NCBI GenBank assembly: GCA_963826115.1
Contig: CAWGVS010000006.1
Location: 928,001 to 992,000, forward strand
Length of the DNA: 64,000 nt
DNA from: an uncultured Candidatus Rokubacteria bacterium
Lineage (GTDB): Bacteria > Methylomirabilota > Methylomirabilia > Rokubacteriales > DASRDR01
Direction of reading: 5' to 3'
Within the stretch, counting starts at the first letter, position 1, and the number at the start of each line of letters is the position of its first letter. The notes under the pieces are model-generated. The model was given only the letters and a program-made list of their open reading frames with translations, had not been told where the DNA came from and did not search any database. Both the position numbers and the translations under genes were made by a program. Of the stretch, positions 8,480-18,032 are shown in pieces.

Positions 8480-9730
8480 GTGCGAACCAACGATGACAAC
8501 CCGAGGACGACCTCCGAGTTCCCGGCGTCCTCCGTCCGGCTCGCGGTGACGCCACCGAAGCAGGTTCTCATCGTGGCGCCGGACGTGCCGTACCCCGACG
8601 ACTACGGGGGTGCCCGGGACATGTGGCATCGGATCCGGCTGCTGGCGGGCCGCGGCCACACCGTGTCCCTGATCGCGACGTACCGGCACGAGGAGCGGCG
8701 CGCCGCCTTCGAGTCGGCCCCGGAGTCGGCCACGTTCCGGCGGCGCGCGCTCTTCCCCATGCGGCTCTGGCGCGGGGTGGTGACGCCGCTCCCGTACGCG
8801 GTGGGCTCGCGGATGCTCGCGCGGCCCGCCGTCGCGGCCGCCGGGTTCGAGGGGACGACCTTCGACGTGGTCGAGATCGAGGGCCTCCAGGCGGTCGGTA
8901 CCTTTCTCCAGATCCGGCGTGGCCTCTCCTACCGCCGGGCGCTGGTGCGGCTGTTCAACCGGGAGAGCGCCTACCAGCGGAATCAGGCCCGGAGCGAGCC
9001 GCGCGTCCTGAGGCGCGCCCTGCTCGCCGCCGACGCGGGCCGGTTCTTCCTGTTCGAGCGGTTCGGCCGGTGGAAGCGCGCCGTCGACGCCGGCCTCTTC
9101 ATCTCACGCGACGAGCTGGACCATCCCAACTTCGCCGGCATCGCGCGGCGCGTCCTGGTGGCTCCGCTCGTTCCGGTCGACGGCTCCCCGGCGCTCCCCG
9201 ACGACTTCGCCCGGCGGGACGACCTGCTCCTCTACGTCGGGAACTTGAGGCTGCCCGACAACCGCGCGGCGGTGCTCGCCGCTCACCGCGAGCTGGGGGA
9301 CCTCCTCCGGCGGCACGACTGGCAGCTGGCCGTGTGCGGACGGTCCGACGACCCCGGCGCCCTGGCCGAGCTGAGGGACGATCCCCGGGTTCGCCTCGCG
9401 TTCAACGTGACCGCGGACGAGCTCGAGCGGCTTTACGCGCGCGCCAAGGTCTTCGTCGGCTTCTCGGAGAACCGCGCGGGCGCGAAGCTCAAGCTCCTGG
9501 AGCCGCTCCAGCGCGGGATCCCGGTCGTGGCCACGGAGGACGCGGTGGCAGGGAGCGACCTGGGACCGGCGGTCGTCCTGTGGAGGGACGGGGGTGGCGA
9601 GGCCCGTCGGACGCTCGTGGAGCTGATGACGGTCGCGGAGCGCTGGCAGGCGTTCCGCGTTGCCGCGTACCGACTCTGGCGCGAGGCCAACGCGCGCGCG
9701 ACTGCGGCGTACCTCCAGGCCTTCGAGTAG
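8480..9730 (+). CDS. Glycosyltransferase, GT-B fold (GT4-like)
   Basis: VLIVAPDVPYPDDYGG, LLYVGNL, KLKLLEPLQRGIPVV. Start may be GTG 8546. Confidence 0.8.
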   Translation: MRTNDDNPRTTSEFPASSVRLAVTPPKQVLIVAPDVPYPDDYGGARDMWHRIRLLAGRGHTVSLIATYRHEERRAAFESAPESATFRRRALFPMRLWRGVVTPLPYAVGSRMLARPAVAAAGFEGTTFDVVEIEGLQAVGTFLQIRRGLSYRRALVRLFNRESAYQRNQARSEPRVLRRALLAADAGRFFLFERFGRWKRAVDAGLFISRDELDHPNFAGIARRVLVAPLVPVDGSPALPDDFARRDDLLLYVGNLRLPDNRAAVLAAHRELGDLLRRHDWQLAVCGRSDDPGALAELRDDPRVRLAFNVTADELERLYARAKVFVGFSENRAGAKLKLLEPLQRGIPVVATEDAVAGSDLGPAVVLWRDGGGEARRTLVELMTVAERWQAFRVAAYRLWREANARATAAYLQAFE

Positions 9731-9795
9731 GTCGCTCCGGCGGGCCGTCCATTGATCGACGGTGACGGGCCGGGGAGCCGGCGGTCGCCGACCGG

Positions 9796-10941
9796 CTACG
9801 ACCAGAACTCGCGCGTGGCGATGCGGGCGCCCTCGGCGAGGCTCTGGAGCTTGGCCCAGACGACGCCGGGATCCACCGCGGCCTGCCCGACCCAGGTCCC
9901 GTAGCCGCAGTCGCTGCCGGCGATCACGTTCTCGCGACCGACCAGCTTCGCGTAGCGGCCGATCCGCTGGGCCACCAGCTCCGGGTGCTCGATGTAGTTC
10001 GTCTTGGACTCGAGCACGCCGGGGATGAGGATCTTGCCCTCCGGGAGGCGCACCCGCTCGAACAGGCGCCACTCGTGGGCGTGGCGCGGGTTGGCGGCCT
10101 CGAAGGACACGCCGGCGGGCCGCGCGGCGAACACGATGTCGACGATGTGCTCGAAGGGCACGTCGTAGTGGTGGGGTCCCTCGTAGTTTCCCCAGCAGAC
10201 GTGCATGCGCACGCGGTCGGGCGGCACGCCCGCCAGCGCGTGGTTGAGCGCCTCGACGTGCAGGCGCGCCATCCGGCGGAACTCCTCGAGCTCGAGCCCG
10301 GCGAACTGGATGTGCCGGCCCATGGCGAGGTCCGGACAATCGACCTGGAGGACCAGCCCCGCGCGCACCACGGCCTCGTACTCGTGCCGCATGGCGTCCG
10401 CGATCGCGAAGAGGTAGGCCTCGTGGCTCGGGTAGTGGTCGTTGCGGAAGAAGAGCGAGATCACCCCCGGCGAGGCCGCGGTCAGGAACCCCTCGGTCGC
10501 CTGGACGGCGCCGAGCGCCGCCTTCAGGTTCCCGGCGTCCGTCCGGGCCGCCTCGGCGTCCCGCACCGCGATCGGCCCGTTGCAGGCCGGCGTCTTCCGG
10601 CGGGACCGTCCGGGGTCGCCGAAGACCCGGCGGGCCAGCTCGGGGAAGTCCACCAGGTCGCGGTACTGGAGGGGCTGGCTCGTGCCGCCGAATCCGGTGA
10701 GCCGGTCCTTGACGTAGGTCGCGTAGCTGGGCTTGCTCATCTCGCCGTCGTCGATCACGTCGACGCCGGCGTCCGCCTGCTTCCGGACGACCTCGGCCAC
10801 CGCGGCGCGGGTGCGGGCCGCGAGCGCGACGGCGTCCACGGGCACGCCTTCCTCCCGGGCGAACATCGCCCGCACGAGGTCCTCTGGCCGCGGGAGGCTG
10901 CCGGTGTGCGTCGTGAGGAAGCGGTCCTGGCTCTGTCGCAT
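9796..10941 (-). CDS. Cobalamin-independent methionine synthase II family protein (second, divergent paralog)
   Basis: TTHTGSLPRP, DDGEMSK, HVCWGNYEGPH, FEAANPRH, GSDCGYGT. Confidence 0.9.
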   Translation of the reverse strand: MRQSQDRFLTTHTGSLPRPEDLVRAMFAREEGVPVDAVALAARTRAAVAEVVRKQADAGVDVIDDGEMSKPSYATYVKDRLTGFGGTSQPLQYRDLVDFPELARRVFGDPGRSRRKTPACNGPIAVRDAEAARTDAGNLKAALGAVQATEGFLTAASPGVISLFFRNDHYPSHEAYLFAIADAMRHEYEAVVRAGLVLQVDCPDLAMGRHIQFAGLELEEFRRMARLHVEALNHALAGVPPDRVRMHVCWGNYEGPHHYDVPFEHIVDIVFAARPAGVSFEAANPRHAHEWRLFERVRLPEGKILIPGVLESKTNYIEHPELVAQRIGRYAKLVGRENVIAGSDCGYGTWVGQAAVDPGVVWAKLQSLAEGARIATREFWS

Positions 10942-11098
10942 CGGGTCGCGTCTCGGACGGCCCGTAGGCTACCATGATCGGGGCCCGGGCTCGGACCGGG
11001 CCTTTTCCGCCGCGGCCCCGCTGGTATAGAGTCGGGACCGCACGGGCCGATCGGGCCCGGCGCACGCTTCGCCGCCACAAATCGAGAGGAGGTCCGCC

Positions 11099-12307
11099 AT
11101 GACACGCTCGCCCCGCGTGCTGGGCACGCTGGCCCTCGTCGTGCTGCTCGCCCTCGCCGGGCCCGGGGCGGGATTCGCCGCTCCGAGCGGGCCGCCGGTC
11201 CGCATCGGCAGCACGCTGGCCCTGACCGGGCCCCTGGCCGCGACCGCCCTCGTGCACAAGATCACGGGCGAGATCTACGTCGAGGAGCTGAACAAGCGGA
11301 ACGGGCTGCTCGGCCGCCCGGTCGAGTGGGTGCTGCTGGACGACCAGTCCAAGCCCGACCTCGCCCGCACGCTCTACGAGCGCCTCGTCACCGTGGACAA
11401 GGTCGATCTCCTGCTCGGCCCCTACGCGACCGGGTCGATCCTGTCCGCCATGGCCGTCGCGCAGCGCTACGACAAGCTCCTCGTCCACCACACCTTCGGG
11501 ATGCCGCATCTCGCGAAGTACGAGCGGCAGTTCCCGACGTGGGCGATGGGTCCCGAGCCTGGCCGCACGCTCCCGAACCTCCTCTTCGACGCCCTCGCCG
11601 CCGCGCCCAAGCCGCCCCAGTCGATCGCCATCGTGACCGACAAGTTCCCGTCGGTGCACTTCATGTCGACGGGCGCCCGGGAGGTCGCGCAGAAGCGCGG
11701 GCTCCGCGAGGCGCTCTACCTCGAGTTCGAGTTCGGCACGCGGGACTTCGGGCCGATCGCGGCGCGCATCAAGGACGCCAACGCCGATCTCCTGTGGGTC
11801 GGCGCGATCGGGCTCGACGGGAACCAGATCCTGGACGCGCTCAAGAAGATCGACTACGCGCCGAAGCATCACTTCTACCTCTATCCGGCGCCCGGTCCGC
11901 TCGCCAAGGCGCCCGAGGGGAAGGGCGCGCTCTCGACGACGATCTTCGAGGAGCATCCGCCGTTCACGAGCTACCCCGGGGCGGCGGAATTCGTGCGGCT
12001 CTTCCGGGACCGCGCGACCAAGGCTGGCCTCCCCTACACGGCCGTGGACGTGCAGGCGGCCGCCTCGTATACCGCCTGGCAGCTCCTCGAGGCCGCGACG
12101 ACGGCGACGAAGAGCCTGGACGACAAGGTGCTGGCCCAGTGGCTCAAGAGCAATCGAGTCGACACCATCATCGGCAAGGTCCGTTTCGACGGGCCCAGCA
12201 ACTACGGGGACGACCTGTCGAAGATCAAGCAGGTGCAGGACGGGAAGTGGGTCGTGGTGTGGCCGAAGGAGTTCGCGCCGCCGGGAGTCCAGCTGCTCGC
12301 CCCGTGA
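11099..12307 (+). CDS. Branched-chain amino acid (Liv-type) ABC transporter substrate-binding protein
   Basis: Signal peptide, VRIGSTLALTGPLA, NGLLGRPVEWVLLDDQS. SD GAGGAGG. Confidence 0.9.
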   Translation: MTRSPRVLGTLALVVLLALAGPGAGFAAPSGPPVRIGSTLALTGPLAATALVHKITGEIYVEELNKRNGLLGRPVEWVLLDDQSKPDLARTLYERLVTVDKVDLLLGPYATGSILSAMAVAQRYDKLLVHHTFGMPHLAKYERQFPTWAMGPEPGRTLPNLLFDALAAAPKPPQSIAIVTDKFPSVHFMSTGAREVAQKRGLREALYLEFEFGTRDFGPIAARIKDANADLLWVGAIGLDGNQILDALKKIDYAPKHHFYLYPAPGPLAKAPEGKGALSTTIFEEHPPFTSYPGAAEFVRLFRDRATKAGLPYTAVDVQAAASYTAWQLLEAATTATKSLDDKVLAQWLKSNRVDTIIGKVRFDGPSNYGDDLSKIKQVQDGKWVVVWPKEFAPPGVQLLAP

Positions 12308-12469
12308 CGGCGGGGCTGGGCCCGGTCGCGCTTCCGCATCCCCGGCCCGCACCGGCGCTCGGCGCGCGCGACGGGCGCGCCGCGCCGGCGCGGGGCTCCG
12401 TCCTCGAGCGGCCCGGGCCACGGCCCGATCGCGTGGCCGGGTAGCCCGGGCGCCTGACGGGCGACCGTC

Positions 12470-13321
12470 GTGCCGAGCGCCACGCTCCTCGCGCAGTCGA
12501 TCCTGTCCGGGATCTTCGTCGGCGGACTGTACGGGCTCCTCGGGCTCGGCCTGAGCCTCTCCTGGGGGCTGCTCCGCCTCATCAACCTCGCCCACTTCGC
12601 GCTGGCGTTCCTCGGCGCCTACCTGACCTTCACGCTCGCCTCGGTCTTCGGTCTCGACCCCCTCTGGAGCCTCGCGCTCGTGCCGCCCGTGTTCTTCGCG
12701 ATCGGCGTCCTGAGCCAGGCGGTCTTCGCCCGGTTCGGCGTCACGCAGTTCGGCTCGCTGCTCGTCACGTTCGGCCTGACCGTGATGGTGGAGAGCCTGA
12801 TCCAGTGGATCTGGACCGCCGACTACCGCCGCCTCGAGTGGGCCTGGGGCGCGACCTCGTGGCGCGCGGGCCCGCTCTTCGTGCCGAAGCCGGAGCTCCT
12901 GGCGCTCGCGACGGCCGCGACGCTCGCCGGCCTCGTGTGGGCGTGGCTCCGTTTCACCTGGGTGGGCAAGGGGCTCCGCGCGTGCGCGGAGGACCCGCAG
13001 ATTGCCGCCGCCTTCGGCGTGAACCACCGGCGTCTCGCCCTCCTGCTGTCGGGGCTCTGCGCCGCCCTCGCCGGCGTCGCCGGCACCTTCGTCGCGCTGG
13101 TCTATACCCTGGCGCCGTCCCAGATCTACGCGTGGATCGGGGTGGTCTTCGCGGCGGTGATCCTCGGGGGCCTCGGCAATCCGCTGGGCCCTCTCCTGGC
13201 GGGACTGGTCATCGGCGTGACGGAGGCGCTCACCATGGCGCTGACCGCCCCCGCGTGGGCGCCGCTCGTGTCGTTCTCGCTGCTCGTCCTCCTGCTCCTG
13301 CTGCGCCCGGACCGAGTGTAG
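12470..13321 (+). CDS. Liv-type ABC permease (LivH-like)
   Basis: GLSLSWGLLRLINLAH, GKGLRACAEDPQIAAAFGVN, VILGGLGN. Confidence 0.9.
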   Translation: MPSATLLAQSILSGIFVGGLYGLLGLGLSLSWGLLRLINLAHFALAFLGAYLTFTLASVFGLDPLWSLALVPPVFFAIGVLSQAVFARFGVTQFGSLLVTFGLTVMVESLIQWIWTADYRRLEWAWGATSWRAGPLFVPKPELLALATAATLAGLVWAWLRFTWVGKGLRACAEDPQIAAAFGVNHRRLALLLSGLCAALAGVAGTFVALVYTLAPSQIYAWIGVVFAAVILGGLGNPLGPLLAGLVIGVTEALTMALTAPAWAPLVSFSLLVLLLLLRPDRV

Positions 13322-15070
13322 ATGCGGCGCCCGGGCGCGCCGCTCGCCGTCGCCCTGATCGGCGTCGGGCTCGCCGTGCTGCCCGCGGCGCGGCTGCCCG
13401 CGTTCTACGAGTCCTTCCTCTACCTGGTCTTCCACTGGATCGCGCTGGCGACCAGCTGGACGATCCTGAGCGGCTTCTCGGGCTACTTCAGCTTCGGTCA
13501 CGGGGCGTTCTTCGGGGCCGGCATCTACGCGGCGGCCGTCCTCCTGACGGCGGGCCTGCCGTTCTTCCCGGCCTTGCCGCTGGCCGGGCTCGCGGCGGCG
13601 CTCCTCGGGGTCGGGGTCGGCGCGATCGTGTTCCGGGTGCGGCGGCTCCGCGGCGAGCTGTTCGCCCTCCTCACGCTCGCCGTCACGTTCGTGCTGGCGA
13701 CGATCGTGCTCAACACGCCCATCGACGGCGGGCCCGGCGTCTACCTGAATGCGGTGCCGCTGCCGCGGGTCGGCGGCTCCCCCACGACGACGCTCTACCT
13801 CCTCGGCCTCGGGGTCGCCGCGGCGAGCGTCGCCACGGCGTGGGTCGTCCACCGCGCTCGGTGGGGCGCGGGGCTCTTCGCGATCCACGACGACGAGGAC
13901 GTGGCGGAGGTGCTCGGCGTCCCGACCTACCGGTACAAGCTCCTGGCGCTGGGGCTGTCCTCGGGGCTGGCCGGCGTCGCGGGCGGGATCCACGCGATGT
14001 TCGTCACCTACGTCACGGTGGCCGAGACCTTCTCGATCGTGGTGCCCCTCTTCGTCGTCCTCATGAGCGTGGCGGGCGGGGCCCGGCACTGGCTGGGCCC
14101 GGCGATCGGCGCCACGCTGATCACCGCGCTGATGTACGGCGTCACCGGCGGGCAGACCGCGGTGGCGGGGCGGGCGCTGGTCGGGCTCACGCTGATGCTG
14201 GTGATCCTCTTCCTCCCCGAGGGCCTCATGGGCATCGGGACGCGCCGGCGCGCGGTCCGGCCGTCGCGGGTGGCGCCGCCGTCCCCGTCGGCCCCGGCGC
14301 CGCCCGAGCGCCCCGAGGTCCCGTCGATGCCCGGCGCGTCGCGCGCGCCGCTCCTCGTCTGTGACGGCGTCCAGAAGGGATTCCGGGGCGTCCAGGCGCT
14401 CGGCGGGGTGAGCTTCGAGGTGCGCGACGGGGAGATCCTCGGGCTCGTGGGGCCGAACGGGTCGGGGAAGTCGACGCTCATCAACGTGATCAGCGGCCAC
14501 CACCGCGCGGACGCGGGCCGGATCCGGGTCGGCGGCGTGGACATCGCCGGCCGCCCCGGCCACACGATCGCCGGGCTCGGCGTGTCGCGCACCTACCAGA
14601 TCCCGCGCCCCTTCGGTCACCTGACGGTGCGGGAGAACGTCGCCGTCGCCCTCATGTTCGGCCGGCTCGGCCGGGACCGGCGCGCCGCGGAGCGCGAGGC
14701 GGAGCGCTGGCTGGAGTTCACCGGCCTTGCCGACCGCGCGGACGCGCTGCCCGCGACGCTGAACCTCCACCAGCGGAAGTTCCTCGAGCTCGCGCGGGCG
14801 CTCGCCTCCGGGCCGCGGCTCGTGATGCTCGACGAGGTGCTCTCGGGCCTCACGCCCACGGAGATGACCAGCGCCACCCGGCTCATCCGGGAGATTCGCG
14901 ACGGCGGGGCGACCGTGGTGTTCGTGGAGCACATCATGCGGGCCGTCATGGCGGTGGCCGATCGGATCGTCGTCCTGGACGCGGGCCGCCTGATCGCGAG
15001 CGGCGCGCCCCAGGAGGTCATGCGGGACCCGGCGGTCGTGGAGCGCTACTTGGGGAAGGCTCATGCTTGA
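13322..15070 (+). CDS. Liv-type ABC permease-ATPase fusion (LivM-LivG)
   Basis: N-half GYFSFGHGAFFG, AIHDDEDVAEVLGV; C-half GPNGSGKST, LDEVLSGL, VEH. Confidence 0.9.
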   Translation: MRRPGAPLAVALIGVGLAVLPAARLPAFYESFLYLVFHWIALATSWTILSGFSGYFSFGHGAFFGAGIYAAAVLLTAGLPFFPALPLAGLAAALLGVGVGAIVFRVRRLRGELFALLTLAVTFVLATIVLNTPIDGGPGVYLNAVPLPRVGGSPTTTLYLLGLGVAAASVATAWVVHRARWGAGLFAIHDDEDVAEVLGVPTYRYKLLALGLSSGLAGVAGGIHAMFVTYVTVAETFSIVVPLFVVLMSVAGGARHWLGPAIGATLITALMYGVTGGQTAVAGRALVGLTLMLVILFLPEGLMGIGTRRRAVRPSRVAPPSPSAPAPPERPEVPSMPGASRAPLLVCDGVQKGFRGVQALGGVSFEVRDGEILGLVGPNGSGKSTLINVISGHHRADAGRIRVGGVDIAGRPGHTIAGLGVSRTYQIPRPFGHLTVRENVAVALMFGRLGRDRRAAEREAERWLEFTGLADRADALPATLNLHQRKFLELARALASGPRLVMLDEVLSGLTPTEMTSATRLIREIRDGGATVVFVEHIMRAVMAVADRIVVLDAGRLIASGAPQEVMRDPAVVERYLGKAHA

Positions 15071-15770
15071 GGCCGACGGCCTCCAGGTGGCCTATGGCGA
15101 CGCCGTCGCGCTATGGGACGTGTCGATGACGGTGGGCGAGGGCGAGCTGGTGGCCGTCGTCGGCCCGAACGGGAGCGGCAAGACGACCCTGATCAACACG
15201 ATCGCGGGCCTCTTGCCCGCTCGCGGCGGCCGGCTTCGCTTCGGCGGCGAGGACCTCACCCGTCTGGCGGCCCACGAGGTCTCGAGCCGCGGCATCGCGA
15301 TCGTGCCCGAGGGGCGGCGCCTGTTTCCCGGGATGACGGTGGAGGAGAACCTCGAGATCGGCGCCTACGCGCCGGCCGCACGGGCCGCTCGCGGCGCCCG
15401 GCTCGAGCGCGTCTACGCGATGTTCCCGATCCTGCGCGCGCGCCGCCGGCAGGCCGCGGGGACGCTCTCGGGGGGCGAGCAGCAGATGGTCGCGATCGGG
15501 CGCGCCCTGATGGCCGGCCCGCGCCTCCTGCTCCTCGACGAGCCGTCGCTGGGGCTCGCGCCGGCGGTCGTGGACCACGTCTTCGAGACGGTGGAGACGC
15601 TCCACCGGTCGGGCACCAGCGTGCTCCTCGTGGAGCAGAACGTCGCGAGGGCGCTGGCGGTCGCCGGCCGCGCCTACGTGCTGGTGGAGGGACGCACGGT
15701 CTCGGCCGGCACGCCGGAGGCGCTCCTCCGGGAGCCCCACCTCCGGAGCGCGTACCTCGGCGATTCCTGA
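15063..15770 (+). CDS. Liv-type ABC ATPase (LivF-like)
   Basis: GPNGSGKTT, LSGGEQQMVAIGRAL, LLDEPSLGLAP. Confidence 0.93.
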   Translation: MLEADGLQVAYGDAVALWDVSMTVGEGELVAVVGPNGSGKTTLINTIAGLLPARGGRLRFGGEDLTRLAAHEVSSRGIAIVPEGRRLFPGMTVEENLEIGAYAPAARAARGARLERVYAMFPILRARRRQAAGTLSGGEQQMVAIGRALMAGPRLLLLDEPSLGLAPAVVDHVFETVETLHRSGTSVLLVEQNVARALAVAGRAYVLVEGRTVSAGTPEALLREPHLRSAYLGDS

Positions 15771-15821
15771 GCGACCGCGCCACCGGGCGGGCCGCGGATT
15801 TCTGCTATCCTCGACTCCACC

Positions 15822-16889
15822 ATGACGGCTCCGACGCCGATCGGCGGCGCCTCGGCCTGGCGCGGCGACGAGATGGCCCGCTCGTCCCGCTGGATCCGGA
15901 GGCTCGACGCGCGCGCGATCGCCGAGATCGACGGCGCGCTCGCCACGGCCCGCGCCGCCGGGCTCGCCTGGCACGAGACGACGCGCGAGCGCTTCCCGCT
16001 GCCGGGGCTCGCCTCGACGCTCGCCGACGTGGCGCGGGAGCTGGAGGACGGCGGCGGCCTGGTCGTCCTCCGCGGCCTCCCTGTCGAGCGCTACGACCCC
16101 GACGAGCTGCGCCAGCTCTGGTTCGGGATCGGGAGCCATCTCGGCCGGCCCGTGTTCCAGAACCGCTCCGGGGAGCTGATGCGCGAGATCCGTGACGAGG
16201 GCCGGGCCGTCGGAGAGCGATACGGTCAGATTCCCGCCGGGGGCGGCGGCACCGGCGCCGTGCTGTCCTCGTACGCCCGCACGCTCTCGAACGGTCCGCT
16301 GCGCTACCACACGGACCGCTGCGACGTGGTCGGGCTCCTGTGCGCGCGCCAGGCGCTCGCGGGCGGGGTGAGCAAGCTGGCGAGCTCGGTCGCGGTCCAC
16401 GACGAGATGGTCCGGCGCCGGCCGGAGCTCGCGGCGGCGCTCTACCAGGACGTGTACCGGAGCCGCTTCGGCGAGGAGGCGACCCGCCACGAGGCCGTGT
16501 ACCCGCTGCCGATCTTCGGCGTGCGGGACGGGAAGTTCACCAGCCACTACTCGCTGACCTTCATCGAGGTCGCCCAGATGGTGCCGGGCGTGCCGCCGCT
16601 GACCGCGGCCCAGCGGGACGCGATCGACCTCCTGATGGCGCTGGCCGACGAGCTCTCGTTCTCGATGCGCTTCGAGCCGGGCGACATGCAGCTCGTCAAC
16701 AACCACGTGATCTATCACGCGCGGACCGCCTTCGAGGACGACGCCGACAGCGGGCACGTGCGCCTCCTCTACCGGCTCTGGCTCTCGATGCCGAACAGCC
16801 GGGCGCTGCCGGCGGGGCACGAGGTCCTGTGGGGCTCGATCGCGGCCGGGGCCACCCGGGGCGGGATCGCCCAGGTGTCGGCCGCGTGA
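15822..16889 (+). CDS. TauD/TfdA family Fe(II)/2-oxoglutarate dioxygenase
   Basis: LRYHTDRCDVVGLLC (HxD) and NNHVIYHARTAF (distal His), RLLYRLWL. Confidence 0.88.
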   Translation: MTAPTPIGGASAWRGDEMARSSRWIRRLDARAIAEIDGALATARAAGLAWHETTRERFPLPGLASTLADVARELEDGGGLVVLRGLPVERYDPDELRQLWFGIGSHLGRPVFQNRSGELMREIRDEGRAVGERYGQIPAGGGGTGAVLSSYARTLSNGPLRYHTDRCDVVGLLCARQALAGGVSKLASSVAVHDEMVRRRPELAAALYQDVYRSRFGEEATRHEAVYPLPIFGVRDGKFTSHYSLTFIEVAQMVPGVPPLTAAQRDAIDLLMALADELSFSMRFEPGDMQLVNNHVIYHARTAFEDDADSGHVRLLYRLWLSMPNSRALPAGHEVLWGSIAAGATRGGIAQVSAA

Positions 16890-16933
16890 GCCGGGCCGCC
16901 GGCCGCGACCGCGTGGTCTGAACTGGAGGCTCG

Positions 16934-17767
16934 ATGGCCGAGATCGTCGCCGCCGCGCTGACGTCCCACGCGCCCCTCATCACGGGGAAGCCCGAGGTCG
17001 AGAGGCCCGACCTGCGGGATGGCTTCTACGCAGGCTACCGGGAGATCCGCCGGCGACTGGTCGCCGCCCGTCCGGACCTGATCGTGATGTTCGTGAACGA
17101 CCACCTCCAGAACTTCCCGTACAGCAACATGCCCGCCTTCTGCGTGGGATTGGCGTCGGCCTACGACGCGCCGAGCCCCGGCGGCTCCCGCCTGATGCGG
17201 CTCGAGGCCCGGAAGGTGCCCGGCGCCCCGGACTGGAGCATGGCGCTCCTCGAGAGCGGACTCGCCGCCGGCTTCGACCTGGCGTACTCCTACGAGATCG
17301 AGAGCTGGGACGAGATCTCGGTCCCGCTCCATTTCCTCCTGCCGGACGCCGACGTCCCGATTGCCCCCATCTACACGAACTGCGGGGCGCCGCCGCTCCC
17401 GTCGCCGCGCCGTTGCCACGAGCTCGGCGGGTTCGTCGGCGCCTTCATCCGGTCCCGGCCGGCGACGGAGCGCGTCGCGGTGCTCGCCACCGGCGGCCTG
17501 TCGCACTGGGTGGGCACGCCGGAGAACGGGCGGATCAACCCGGAGTGGGATCACTGGGTGCTGGACCACGTGGCGCGCGCCGACGCCGAGACGCTCGCCC
17601 GCCTGACCCACGCGGAGATCGAGCGCGACGGGGGGAACGGGGGGCAGGAGATCCGGAACTGGATCGCGCTCCTCGGCGCCGTGCCGGGCTGGAAGGGCGA
17701 GCTCCTCGCCTATGCGCCGGTGGCGGAGTGGATCACCGGCTGCGCGGCCGTGTGGATGCACCGATGA
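16934..17767 (+). CDS. LigB/MhpB-like (type II) extradiol ring-cleavage dioxygenase, catalytic subunit
   Basis: TSHAP, NDHLQNF, TGGLSHWVG, GNGGQEIRNW. Confidence 0.87.
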   Translation: MAEIVAAALTSHAPLITGKPEVERPDLRDGFYAGYREIRRRLVAARPDLIVMFVNDHLQNFPYSNMPAFCVGLASAYDAPSPGGSRLMRLEARKVPGAPDWSMALLESGLAAGFDLAYSYEIESWDEISVPLHFLLPDADVPIAPIYTNCGAPPLPSPRRCHELGGFVGAFIRSRPATERVAVLATGGLSHWVGTPENGRINPEWDHWVLDHVARADAETLARLTHAEIERDGGNGGQEIRNWIALLGAVPGWKGELLAYAPVAEWITGCAAVWMHR

Positions 17768-17982
17768 CCGCGAAGACGTCGTACGCCCTCAACAAGCTCC
17801 TGACCGCCCTGGCGAAGGAGCACGCGACCCGTGAGCGCATCACGGACGAGGATCTCTCCGGCCATGCCCTGAACGCCGACGAGCGCGCGGCCCTCCAGTC
17901 GGGAGACATCACGCGCCTGTACCACCTCGGCGCCAACCCATACCTCATCCGCCGGGTGTTCCGCCCCCGCTTCAAGGTCTGA
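17764..17982 (+). CDS. LigA-like small subunit of the extradiol dioxygenase (72 aa)
   Basis: ATGA overlap with the LigB-like gene; SYALNKLL...LNADERAALQSGDITRLYHLGANPYL pattern of LigA/CarBa-type alpha subunits. Confidence 0.75.
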   Translation: MTAKTSYALNKLLTALAKEHATRERITDEDLSGHALNADERAALQSGDITRLYHLGANPYLIRRVFRPRFKV

Positions 17983-18032
17983 CGCGGGGACGGCGTGTGG
18001 GGAGCGCTCACCCCGGGCTCGGGTCCACGCGG

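Noticed and set aside
12310-12460. GC-rich stem-loops after the Liv SBP gene as a REP, MITE or ncRNA
   Set aside because: Imperfect, not repeated elsewhere in the window, and expected by chance at this GC content. At most an mRNA-stabilising hairpin.
9104-15064. 1986-aa minus-strand ORF and the other long antisense or alternate-frame ORFs (e.g. 105-1673, 19393-22353, 25093-27588, 41653-44880, 59481-62087)
   Set aside because: Shadow ORFs of real genes in very GC-rich DNA: Arg/Pro/Gly-rich, no motifs, and they overlap well-supported CDSs.
13322-15070. LivM-LivG fusion as a novelty
   Set aside because: Permease-ATPase fusions of Liv-type transporters are already well known.
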